Shown: positions 10,374-29,889 of the stretch, piece after piece
Layout of the letters: every line of letters starts with the position of its first letter
Position numbering within the stretch: the first letter of the stretch is position 1
Assembly: GCA_013265495.1 (NCBI GenBank)
Contig: MU058045.1
Location: 593,986-657,985, forward strand
Origin: Vicugna vicugna
Lineage: Eukaryota
Direction of reading: 5' to 3'
DNA length: 64,000 nucleotides
Program-made: the position numbers and the translations under genes
Notes under the pieces: generated by a model
Database searches by the model: none
What the model saw: only the letters and a program-made list of their open reading frames with translations
Told to the model about the DNA's origin: nothing

Positions 10374-13018
10374 CTCCCCCCCTCCCTACCCGGACTCCGG
10401 GGGCACCGCCGGGGGACAGACACCCAGCAGGTAACCCCGGCCTGGCTCGCCCTCCCCTTTCGGATTTTCCTTCACACCCTCCCGGATGACCCCTTTCCCC
10501 GGTTCCGTCTCCCCATTCCCCTCGTCCTTGCCTCTTTTCCCCGGCCCTCCTTGTTCCATCTCCCCGACTTGGGCTGGTTGCCCGCTGGTCGCGCCGCCGT
10601 CTCGTGCAGCCCGACTCCCTTCCCCTCGCCCGACAGCCTGTGCGCCCCAGGTCTGCCCGCGGCACCTTTCGGGGCTCTGTCTCGCTGCTTCTCCAGGCTT
10701 TGCTTTCCTTGTGACCTGTCCCCTGGGGCTCCGAGGAAGGAGGGAGTCCCTGTCCTTTTCTCGCTCCCCCAGTTCCCCGCCCCCCAACTCTGGCCCCCTT
10801 TCTCCTTCTAGCAGTCTCTAGGGGTGTGGAGAGAACCGGAATTTGGGGGGCCCTCTGGAGGGGCAGGGGGCTGTGTGTCGCGGGGTAGAAAGGGGCTGTG
10901 AATGTGTGTGGGGTGGGGGCGGGGGCGGTTAGAGACCCGGCTGCCTGTTGTCCCTTTAAATGGCCCTCACATTTCTGGGGACTCGTGGGGGGGAGGTGGC
11001 AAGCCGCCTGCTTGGGGGGGCAGGGCCCTCTGTTCGTCCACACAATCAGGGGTGGTAATGATTTAAAGGGACAGCCTTGGTGTGGCCACTGCCACCCTGC
11101 GACAGCGGGAGGGGGAGCCGGCAGGCCATGTCTGGGGAGGCTTGCCTGGTGAGCAGGGCATTTGAGGCCGAGTCTGTTGTGGGTACGGCGAGGTCTGGGA
11201 CAGTGCTGCAGCTGGGGCCTGTGAGGAGGGGTGACAGCTCGCCTGGGGGTCAGTCAGTCTGGGCCTTCTCCAGGGCCCCACCTTTAGGTTCATGGACTCC
11301 TTGGCCAAGAATCCTTGAGTCTAAACTACGGAGTCTGTCAGCCGCCAGGTGGGGGCCAAAGGCAGGTCTGCAGGTCTGCAGGTCTGCAGGTCAGCAGCCT
11401 GGACTGGGCACACTGGAGCTGGCTTTTCAGCTTCCCCTTTTGTTGTTTGGCTCTGTGCACAAGAAAGCCCCAGCCCCTCCCCCAGCTCCCCCTTCCCCTC
11501 CCCAAGAACACCCACCCCAGCTGTTGGACAGATGAATTACAGCCTCCGGCTTGGGGCCAGGGCTGGTGAGGGATTAAAGCTCTGGGGCTGGCCCTTTAAA
11601 TGGCTGCTAGCCCCTCCCCCACCCTGGTATCCAGACACCCCATACACACCCCCTCTGACCCCCTTGGCCACCCCTCACTCCTCTTGGTCTGTCCAAAGGC
11701 CTGCCACTTACCTCTCTCTAGGCTAGACCCTCCCCAGCATCCCCTTCTCCCCCAACACAACCACATACACAAATGCTACAGACTTCACACACATACAAAC
11801 ACACACACACTCACTCACCCCCTGGTCTACATTCACACACACACACACAGTCACTCACTCACCCCCTGGTCTCATGTTCTGAGCATCCCTGTTCTGGAGG
11901 GTTCCAGCCTCAAACTCCCTTCTCCAGCAGAAGGACCTTTCTTGCCTGGCTTCCCTAGCCTGCAGCTGACCACTACCCTGGCCAGGTGAGGGGCCTTACA
12001 TGGGTCAGAAATAGCACCTCCCTGGGGGCAGTGTCATCAGCAGCTGCAGCAGTTTGCAGCACATTGCATCATGGAGGCTGGGGGCTAGAGGCCTGAGTCT
12101 CTGGGGCAGGGGGAAGGATGGGGGTTGGAGGGCCAGGGTGTAAAGAGGGTAGACTGGGAACCAAAGTGTCTTGGTCTTAAGGGCAGAGAACTATGGCTAA
12201 GGGAGCAAAAAACATAGGTCCCTGAGGAGTGAGTTTGAGGTGAGGGCAGACTTAGGTTTCACCCCTCTATGGACACCTGGTTCTTGGCCCTGGACCTAGA
12301 CACATAGCTTCTTGTCTCTTAGAGTTAGGAGGGAAGGCAGTGGGCCTTCTTGGGACACACAGAGGAAGGAGGTGATGGGGAAACAGGATATGGCCTTGAG
12401 GGGTGGATGGATGAGAGGCTTGCAGCAGAGGCCACTTCTAGACTCAGACCCAGAGTCACAGTCCTTGCTGAGAAGGAAGGCTCCTCCCTGCTGGGCCCGA
12501 TCATCTAGTCTGACCACCTGTGCTGCTGGCCAAGACCTGCCTACACCCGCCTGGGGGAAGGAGAGGGGGCAGAGTCCAGAGGGTGGGGTTGACTGGTGTC
12601 TTGATAAGGCTAGGGAGGAGGCAGAGCTGAAGGAAGAGGATCTATGTGCCTGAGGCCAGGACTGAAGCTGACTTGGATGCAGATGTCAGAGGAAAGGCAG
12701 TTGGGGCTACTCTGGGGCCGGGGACTCTCAGCAGGAGGGTCCAGTCAGTAGAAGGACCATGGGTTGGGTGTCCACCATGATGCTGCGTTACGCAGATGCT
12801 ATAGCATGCTCCCCTCACTCTCTGGTCCAGGATGCTTCCTAAAGGGGAAGGCTGGAAGACCACTTTAAGGATAGCTTTTCCTGGTTGCCATGGAAACAGA
12901 TTATCTCCCATCCCATCTGACCGCCAGAGCCAGGTTTCTCCTCAGTAAGGGAACAGGGGTCACAGAAAAATTCTCTGGCCTGGGAGACCCCCACCTCTAA
13001 CTGGCTTTTTTCTTTTAG

Positions 13019-13135
13019 GTTCCCCCAGGCACCATGCCAGCCCCGTAGAACCACCCACCCCACCCACTGTGGTCTGCTCCACCCCGTTGCTGGGGCACTG
13101 GTTCCAATGAGACAGGGCATGCCAAACTCCATCTG
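13019..13135 (+). other. KDM6B: KDM6B 5' UTR exon
   Basis: Strong acceptor ctttttttcttttag and donor ATCTG|gtaagt; sequence matches my recollection of the human KDM6B leader. Confidence 0.75.
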
Positions 13136-16100
13136 GTAAGTCCTACCCCTCACCACTAACCCCAGCAGTCCCACTCTGCACCACATTCATGAAGGACTGG
13201 TATGATCTAGATCATGCCTACTCCTCAGAATGGTCCAGTCCAACTCAGAGCACCCCCTACCATGTGGTGCTTGGGTGGTTCAGCCTTCCTCATTTATGGA
13301 GCTCCCCTCTGTTGCCTATGAATGGTTCATCCCTGTACTTCACCAGCCTCTCTACTACCACCAAAAAATCTTTTCCCCCTAGTGCTACAACTCAGTTGCT
13401 TACTGAATTGAATTAAGCTAGGGTTTGTGAGCTGGAAAGTAGAGATGAGATACCCTGGAGAAATTTTTCTTGGCAAGTGAGAGAGATTAGCCCCTGTAAG
13501 AGTTGTTGAACAGCCTAGCTTTTATGGAAGGTGATTGGAAATTGATTTGGAGAGATACTGGAGACCATTGTCACAAAAACCTGCTGTTGCCATGGCAATC
13601 TTAGCACCCCCCCACCTTTTCTTCCAGATCCCATTTGGTTTCTTTCTCCCTCCACTGCACCACAGCACCACAGCGCTTGCCCCCTATGCCCTAAATCTTA
13701 CTCCTCTTCTGTTTCCCTCTCTCTTGCTGCCAATTCTCTGCCTAAGGCCCTGCTACATTCCCCATTCTCCTGTAGGAAAGAGAACCTAAGCCAGGAACTT
13801 AAGTTCTCTGAGTGCATGTTGCTCTTCTCCACTGCTCACCAAGTTCTTGAGTGGGACTGTTCTTCTGTGTATCTCTCACAATTTGGCAAGATGGTTTGCA
13901 CACTGGGGTACCTCAGTGGAATTGAGCTGAATGAATATGTTGACTGAATGAGCTTCAAGGCCAAGAAACCAATGGCTTCTGAGATGTGCTGCCCAGCCAC
14001 CTACCCACACCTTTTCTAGAGGATGAGGGACATTTGGGATGGTAAGGTGGGGTAGACCTGAGGGGCAGACTGACTCAGAAATGTCCTGTGAGGAAAGAAT
14101 CAACAGGGAATAAACAAGGGTATTATAGACAAGTGGTAAGAATGAGGCTCTGAAAAGAAGCCTAGATCTTCCTCTAGAAGAATGACATTGACCAGGTTAT
14201 ATAACCTCTCTGTGCCTCAATTTCCTCATCTGTAAAGTGGGGTAATAAAAGTACTTCCTAAGTCAGGTTTTGGAGAGGAGTTTACAAATGTATATAAAGT
14301 GCTTAACACAGTACCTGGCATGTAATAAGTATTCACTAAATGCTACCAATTATCATCACAATGGGAGCCACAGGGAGCTGTGAGGATAAGCAAAGATGTT
14401 GAGGAATAGGACAGAACTTAAGGTGGACAGACCCCCTAATACTTGACTCAAACAGAAGGATCACTGATCAAGTAAGATGTCAGGATTCAGGGGAGTGAGG
14501 CGAGGAATCAGCAGGGTCAGCCTGTTCCAGTGTTTCCCTGACTCTGTTCAGGAACATGAAGGCAAACACAGAAGGGCATGTGCAGAGACACACGTGATCA
14601 CGCAAGTGATGCAGAGGCAGCCCCAGACAAAAGACCGAGACAGGAGCCAGGCAGACACACAGACAAGTGACAGCCCCTCGGAGTCATGTAGACTGGCATA
14701 ATGACAGGAACGCGTCAGACACAGGCACTGAAGGAGACAAGATAAGAAGATATGCAGGTGCATACGGAGACAGACACCGGGACCCACACACAGCCGACCT
14801 TGTCAGACAGACTGGTGAACACAGCGGTCCAGTCAGAGGCAGACACAAGGCCCACAGTGACACACAGCGGGCCGGGGCCAGCACTGTCACTCCTCGGTGG
14901 GGAGCGGGGAGGGGCCAGCAGCGAGGGAAGGCTAGGGAAGGGAATCCCGAGCGGGCGGCCTGCCCGGGGTGGCTGAGTCACAGCGGAGCCCCAGCCGGCA
15001 GCCCTCCCCTCCGCCTCCCCCCTCCCCCAGGTAAGCGAGCCTGTAACCCCTCGCTTCCACCAGGCAGAATGGGGCCTGGCGGGGAGCGGGATGCCGCCGG
15101 GTTCCCAGGTCGGTCCCACCTCCGTGCGCGTGCCGCATGCCTACTGACTGTCTGCCTGCTGGGGAACACCCTTTCTGCGGGGTCCTGTCTTTGGCCGGCT
15201 TGTGAGTCTGCGTGCGCACGTCTGACCCCTTACCCCGCGCGGCGGGAGCGGTGCGTGGAGGGGCTTCTCGGGCCTCAAGCCGGGAGAGAGTTAAGTGGGT
15301 GTGATTGATAGAGTGGGTCTCTCTCGGGGCTCAAGGGGGAGGGGGTCGGTTAAAGTCCCGGACTCCAGAGCCCGGATGGAGTGGGCGGAGCTGGGCTCAG
15401 CCGGGAGTGCCCGGATGGAGAGGGCGTGGCCTCGACAGGAGAGGAATTAACCCTTTCAGAGCTGCTGACTCCCAGGACCGTGGGTCCGACGGGAGAGGCT
15501 GGAATTCCTGCCCCAGAAGTATACTGTCCTTTCAGCCTGGCTTTGGCTGCGTACGTCTGTCTCTCATCTGTCTTAGAGGAGTCGGTGGGTGTCCGTCTTT
15601 GTGCCTGCCGGTGATTGTCCCTTCCCCCTGATTAGTACGGACACCAGGAATTGGGGAGGACTATTCCTGACCCAAAGCGAGAGTGGAGGTGAGAGTGGAC
15701 CGCCAGCCGGCTGCCGGCGCTTGGGGAACAGGTGTGAGCCCAGTCGGGGCTGCCGGGCGCGGGGAGGGGCCGTCGTGGGGGGAAGACGAGAGGGGAAATT
15801 CCGCGGGACCGGTGGGGAGCGGTGTGTGGGCTGAGTTGTGTCTGCCTCTGTGTGTGTCTGTGTGTGTTCAGGGAGGCGGGGGCTGAGTCAGTGGGAATAG
15901 GGGAAGGTTTTCTGAGTGACTCACGCTCCCCTACCCCAAGTCTGAATCAGACCCCTAGGGAGGGCTTTGTACTGGAGGCGGATGGGGAGTCAGGCGCCTG
16001 GGTCCCGAGTGGGGATAAGGATCCGAGGTGGTTGGCGAGAGTGAGTGTGTGTTTAGTGTACAGGAAGTTTTGTCCTCAAATGAGGGCTGCTGTATTCCGA

Positions 16101-17966
16101 GTACTGGCGTGGGGGTTTGTGGATAGAGGTGGAAAGGGGCTGGAGGACGGGACTCGCTGGTTTAGGGAAAGCTGAGTCAGTTCCCCGTGGGAAAGGGGAA
16201 GTGGTGAGGGGAAGTGTCATCATCGCAGAAGGGGAAGCTGCATTTCCTGGTAACTGGCAGCGCTTTCGGGACCACTTCCCAAGCGGGGATCTGTCCCTCT
16301 GATGTCTGGATCCCCGGTTCCCCGGTTTCCCATGTCCATGGGTCCCGGGACTTAGGTGGGGGCAACTGGCCAGGGCTATGCTCGACTGCAGTTAAGCGCT
16401 TCTGTACTTGTCCCAAGGCTTGGTGGCTGACGGAAAAGGCTGCCTGGTGAGGAGAGAGAGTTCAGACCGAAACTCCGCGTGAACTGCGGAGAGGGTCCGC
16501 AGAGTCCAAGAGCCTACCAGGGCTCGCCGCAGAGTGGCACTCTGGGACCTTTAGGGTCCAAGCGCTTGCGTGCGAACAGACGACCTTGCCCTGCGGAGGG
16601 AGGACTGTTTTCACCAGAAACCTGCCTGCCCTTGTGGGCTGGGTGGAAATTTCCCCACGGAGCAGACTTCTCTAGGCGAAGGCGAACTTTCCAGCCGCCC
16701 CCAGCCCCTTGTCGCGCACTCTCCCCCGGCTTCCTGCCCGGCGCTAGCTCCAGCTGGAGCGCTGGCCCCGCCCCCGCCGCTTTGTACTCTATACTCGCCT
16801 CTCGCATCTCTTTGTACTCTAGACTCTCAATGGACCGATCCCGGGAGCAGAGCCGGCTTCCTACCTGCGGGGAGGCCGGGTAGGCGAGGAGAAGGCACAG
16901 GGACCGAAATCCTGGGCCCAGAGGGGCGAAAAGGAAGAACTGGGGCCAAATGGAAGGTGCCCAGGAAGGGGAGCGCTGTTCCCCTCCTGGGTCGAGCCAG
17001 CACGGACGGGAAGGGGTGGGGGGGGCGTGAAGGAGGAAGTGAAACGGGTTCTGGGTTCTTTAAGGGAGTGGGCGGTGAGAGTGGGACAAGGGTGATGTCA
17101 CCGCCTGGCGGGCCCCGCCCTTCTCCCTCCCGGAGGACCCCCCCGTACTCTTACACACGCCGCTTCCGCTGCGCAAGTAGCCACGTCACGGGCAACCCCC
17201 GAAATCCCCCCTCCCTTGGGGGGCGGGGGCCACGTGGGCCGTGGGGAACCGCGTGGCCCCGGCAGAGAAGGGCATAGAGGATACGGGAGCCACGCGAGAG
17301 GGGCCACTCGGGACCGCGGCGCGCGACTTCTCAGAAGTTGGGGAGTTCAGAGGGGGGTTTTGGTTTTGGGGGTCGATTGGTATTGAAGACCCACAGAGCC
17401 AGGGGAAGTGTTGAAGCTGAAGGAACTGGGTATGAAGCTTGGGGGCTTGACCGTGGTTTGGGAGGGGGGTCAGGCGTGGGGGGGTAGAGCGCTCAGATCG
17501 CAACGCGGGCGGGTTTGGGTGCCGCAGAACTCGCCGTGCCTGGACAGCCCTAAGCAGTTCCTAGGGGGTGGGGAGGTCAGGCACTGGGTGAGGTGAAGTG
17601 AGGAAGGGGAGCGACTCCTGTGTCGGCGTTGTTCCTTGGTCTGCCGTTCGTCGGTCTTAGGCGGTGGGGCGGGGGGCGTCTCAGGCTGCCTAGCGGGGAC
17701 CACCCGCTGTTCTGTGGGCTCGTGGGACCTGCGGGTAGCTCCATGCCCCAGGCCTGCCCGAGCGTGCTACTCGCCGCCTTCACCCGCACGGGTCCCGGTC
17801 TCCGCTTGCTTCTCCCGCCCTAGTGTCAGCTCCGAGATGGAGACCCTAGGTGGGAGACGCGGGGTCACGTCGGGGTCACCCGGGGCCGAGCCCGTCTGAC
17901 CGGCTCCGCCGCCCCTCCTCCCCCGGCAGCGGCCGGACTAACCTTGCTCCTATTGGTCCCGGCCAG

Positions 17967-18086
17967 GCTGTTACTGAGGCGGAGACACGGGTGATGATTG
18001 GCTTTCTGGGGAGAGAGCAAGTCCTGTGATTGGCCGGGTCTCCGGAGCTCACCGACGCCGGGAGAGGACGCTCCCACGGAGGCCGG
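17967..18086 (+). other. KDM6B: KDM6B 5' UTR exon
   Basis: ccag|GCTGTTACTGAGGCGGAGAC ... GGCCGG|gtaagc; matches recalled human leader. Confidence 0.75.
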
Positions 18087-18363
18087 GTAAGCGGCCGCGG
18101 CGTTGCAGCTCGTCCCCGGTGGCTCCCGGCTGGAAGCCTGGCAGCGCAGCCACCACATCGCACTGACTAGCCCTCCTACTCCCCCACTCTCCTGGGCCTC
18201 CGGGGGCTCCCTAGACCGGGTGGGCCGCCCCTCAGGGATAGCCAAGGATGGGATGCCTCTGCAGATGAAAGACCTGTGGGGGCTCCAGCCAGGCCAACCC
18301 AGCCCGCAGCCCCGACTGTGTGCAGGCCGGCTCACCTCACTCCTTTCCCCCTTCTCTCCGTAG

Positions 18364-18506
18364 AATTGGCTGTGAAGGGTCCTGGGCGGCCATCTAGGGG
18401 AAGTGGGGACTCCTGTCAGAGCGGCTGGAGCGGAACCATCGCCCCAGGGAGCTGGGGCAGGGGGCCGTGCCCGATCTCCAGGGCTCCTGGGGCCACTGCT
18501 GACCTG
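18364..18506 (+). other. KDM6B: KDM6B 5' UTR exon
   Basis: Pyrimidine tract then tag|AATTGGCTGTGAA ... GACCTG|gtaagg. Confidence 0.75.
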
Positions 18507-18579
18507 GTAAGGGAAGACTGGGGCCTGATGGGCTGTGTGTACACTGGCAGCTCAGGCTTTGTCCGCAGTGGGATCATAA

Positions 18580-26663
<8,084 letters not shown>

Positions 26664-27561
26664 GGCCGGACGCCCCGCCCGCCCGCCCGCCCACAGGGCG
26701 CCGCGGGGCCACCAGCACATGCCTGGGTTGGACCTAGGTCCCGCCTCTGGCCGGGAAGGGGTCGGTCCCAGCCCTTCCACCCCATTGGCAGCTTCCCTCA
26801 ATTTATTAAGAAAAGAATTTTTTTTTTTTTTAACAAATGAGGAAAAAAGGAAAAAAAAAAAGGGAGACGGGGGAGGGGGCTGGCAGCCCCTCGCCCATCA
26901 GCGCCTCCCCTCACCGACTTTGGCCTTTCTAGCAGCAGACACAAGGACCAGGCTCCGGCGGCGGCGGGGGTCACATACGGGTTCCCTCTCGCCTGCCAGC
27001 CGCCCGCCCGCCCGGCGCAGATACACGCGGCTCGTGTATGTACATAGACATTACGGCAGCCGAGGTTTTTAATGAGATTCTTTCTATGGGCTTTACCCCT
27101 CCCCCAGAACCTCCTTTTTTTACTTCCAATGCTAGCTGTGATCCCCTGTACATGTCTGTTTATTCACTTGGTTATGATTTGTATTTTCTGGGTTTGTTTG
27201 GTTTTTTTTTTTTGGTTTTTAATTTATAACAGTCCCACTCACCTCTATTTATTCATTTTTGGGAAAACCCGACCTCCCGCAACCCCAAGCCATTCCGCCC
27301 GCCCCTCCAGGGATTGCCCGCCGCCGGGCTCTCCCTGCGCCCCAGTGTGTTTCCCGGCCCGGCCCGTCCGTCTCCGCCCGTCTACCCGCCCGCCCGCGGC
27401 TCCAGCCGGGTTCTCATGGTGCTCAAACCCGCTCCCCTCCCCTACGTCCTGCACTTTCTCGGACCAGTCCCCCACTCCCGACCCGACCCCAACCCGCCTG
27501 AGGGTGAGCGACTCCTGTACTGTAGGGGAAGAAGTGGGAACTGAAATGGTATTTTGTAAAA

Positions 27562-27580
27562 AATAAATAAATAAAATAAA
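27562..27580 (+). terminator. KDM6B: KDM6B proximal polyadenylation signals (overlapping AATAAA)
   Basis: aaataaataaataaaataaa in the 3' UTR. Confidence 0.55.
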
Positions 27581-27931
27581 AAAATTTAAAGTTTTAAAGA
27601 ACTATGAGGAAAAGGAACCCCGTCCTTCCCAGCCCCGGACAATTTAAAAAATACGGACCTTCCCCTCACACACACCCCCTTTTTCTTTTTAAGCGTGAAA
27701 CAGCCCAGGGCCAGGGCCTCACTGGGGCAGGGACACCCCGGGATGAGTTTCTCTGGGGCTTTATTTTCGTTTTGTCGGTTTTTTTCTCCTCGACGCTGGG
27801 GCTGCGGAGGGGTGGGGAGTTTACAGTCCCGCCCCCTCGCACTGCACTGTCTTTCTGCCCCAGGGGCAGAGGGGTCTTCCCAACCCTACCCTTATTTTCG
27901 GTGATTTTTGTGTGAGAATATTAATATTAAA

Positions 27932-27937
27932 AATAAA
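27932..27937 (+). terminator. KDM6B: KDM6B distal polyadenylation signal
   Basis: AATAAA followed by a TGTTTTG downstream element. Confidence 0.7.
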
Positions 27938-28197
27938 ATCAGAAAAAAATCCTGTTTTGATAACGTGCTGGTGATAGCGGGAGTACTGGGAAGAGGGCCG
28001 CAAGGCTGGGTGATTGATGGGGAGGGACTGGGCAGACCCCAGCGAGGGTGAGGCCCTCCCCGGAGGCGCTTGTGGAATGTCCAGAGCGCTGGTCCGCTCC
28101 TCAGAATGGGGTGGGGGGGTGCCTAGTCCTGGAGCCGCATTCCAGGATAAGGGGGGGTGGGGAGAGGCTGGGCCGGGGGAGGGGCAGGAAAGAGGGC

Positions 28198-28203
28198 TAT
28201 AAG
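28198..28203 (+). promoter_or_regulatory. TMEM88: TATA-like box of TMEM88
   Basis: TATAAG about 40 nt upstream of the ATG, in GC-rich context. Confidence 0.5.
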
Positions 28204-28238
28204 GGCCGCAGCCCAGGCGGGAGGGAGGCAGGCGGGCC

Positions 28239-28841
28239 ATGGCGGATGTCCCCGGGGCTCAGCGGCCCGTTCCCGGCGGCGGCCCAGAGCCCCGGGACCC
28301 CCTGGACTGCTGGGCCTGCGCTGTGCTGGTCACGGCCCAGAATCTGCTGGTGGCTGCCTTCAATCTTCTCCTGCTGGCGCTGGTGCTGGGGACTATCCTG
28401 CTACCCGCTGTCACCATGCTAGGCTTTGGCTTCCTCTGCCACTCCCAGGTGAGCGAGCGCCCCGCGGTGTGCGTGTGGGTGTGTGTGACGGTGGCGGTGG
28501 GGCCTGTGGGCCACAATCTCTCCCGGCCTGGGCTGTTTGACTTGGGCCTCATGCCTCTTCTCCTCCCACAGTTCCTGCGCTCCCAGGCACCCCCTTGCAC
28601 CGCGCACCTGCGGGACCCGGGCTTCACAGCCCTGCTGGTCACCGGATTCCTACTCCTCGTGCCGCTGCTCGTCCTTGCCCTGGCCAGCTACCGCCGCCTC
28701 TGCCTGCGCCTCCGCCTGGCCGACTGCCTCGTGCCTTACAGCCGAGCCCTCTATCGGCGCCAGCGCACCCCGCAGCCCCGGCAAACCCGGGCCTCACCAG
28801 GGCCCCAGACCGTTCCAACATCAGGAAAGGTCTGGGTCTGA
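28239..28841 (+). CDS. TMEM88: Transmembrane protein 88 (Dishevelled-PDZ-binding Wnt inhibitor), 159 aa, 2 exons
   Basis: Exons 28239-28448 and 28572-28841. Starts MADVPGAQRPV, has two hydrophobic segments and the C-terminal VWV PDZ-binding motif. AATAAA at 29214-29219. Confidence 0.95.
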   Translation: MADVPGAQRPVPGGGPEPRDPLDCWACAVLVTAQNLLVAAFNLLLLALVLGTILLPAVTMLGFGFLCHSQVSERPAVCVWVCVTVAVGPVGHNLSRPGLFDLGLMPLLLPQFLRSQAPPCTAHLRDPGFTALLVTGFLLLVPLLVLALASYRRLCLRLRLADCLVPYSRALYRRQRTPQPRQTRASPGPQTVPTSGKVWV

Positions 28842-29889
28842 GGACCCTCGAGCCAAGCAAGAACAACTGTTACAACCGCCTGTCGGCCCAAGGACTTGAA
28901 GCCCGTAGGTCTCCCGACCTATCCTGTCCCGACTTTTGCCCCAAACGGGTCCTAGCATCCCCCTGGGGAACAAAACAGCAGCATCTGTGAAACCAAAACT
29001 GGTGAAACTTCGCCACACCCCGGAAAACCCGCTTTCCCCTCACTGCCCATATTTGAATCCTGAACATCTGGGCTGGACCCTGCACCCACCGCCCAACTCT
29101 CCTGTGCACAGGACACTAAACCGCGTTGGTGCCCTCCTGTTCCGGTGCAGCTCCTAGTATTTACGCGCCGCGGGGTGGGGTGGTGGGGTGAGGTTGCAGG
29201 GGAAGGAGTGATCAATAAAAAAGTAATAAGGTGAACGCGATTCTGGGATCCTATAGAGAAGGGTAATACTACCATTTCTGCCCTGTGTCCAGGCGCAGGA
29301 AACAACATGCGGGTGGGGGTGGGGGTGGCTCTAGTGCGCAGACCGGAGCATCCTTCAGCCTCCTGGCCTTCCCTTATCGCATTAGCCCTTTCTTCCTGGC
29401 CAGACCTCAGAGCTCTGTCCCTGACACCAAAGTCACTTCCCCGTCAATAAGAGTGGAGAGGCCCGGCCTCTGTCGTCTGTCTTGCTCCCCTTGGGGACCC
29501 GAGCCTGTTCTCTGACCCCAGCTTAGAGGAACTCGGTGTTGCCAGGCCGGGGAGAAAAACAATGGGCCTTCCGGAGTAGGATGACATCCCCCTCCCGCCA
29601 CAATTCTGGAGCAGCGGCGTGGGAGGGAAGGTGGAAGGGCCCACCCTGAGGCCTGTTGGTCAGAAGCTCAGCCTGTCCCCCATTCCCAACCCCGAACCTG
29701 AGGGAACCTCTGTCAGCTCTGGACGTCCAGGCTGTAAAACGAGGGTTCAGAGTGCTTCTGACCTCAGATAAACCTCGTCCTCAAGGGGTGAGATATGCAA
29801 CCCCTGCCCTGGTATCCCACCTACACACAGACACAGACCACTTAGGTTACAGGTTTAATGACGTCTGAAGGGCAAGCCCGAGATCGTAC

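Noticed and set aside
11362..11392. (GCAGGTCT) repeated about 3.5 times
   Set aside because: Short simple tandem repeat with no spacers; no evidence of function.
14667..17277. 213 aa and 235 aa plus-strand ORFs in the KDM6B upstream intron
   Set aside because: Non-ATG starts, low complexity, no domain or splice support.
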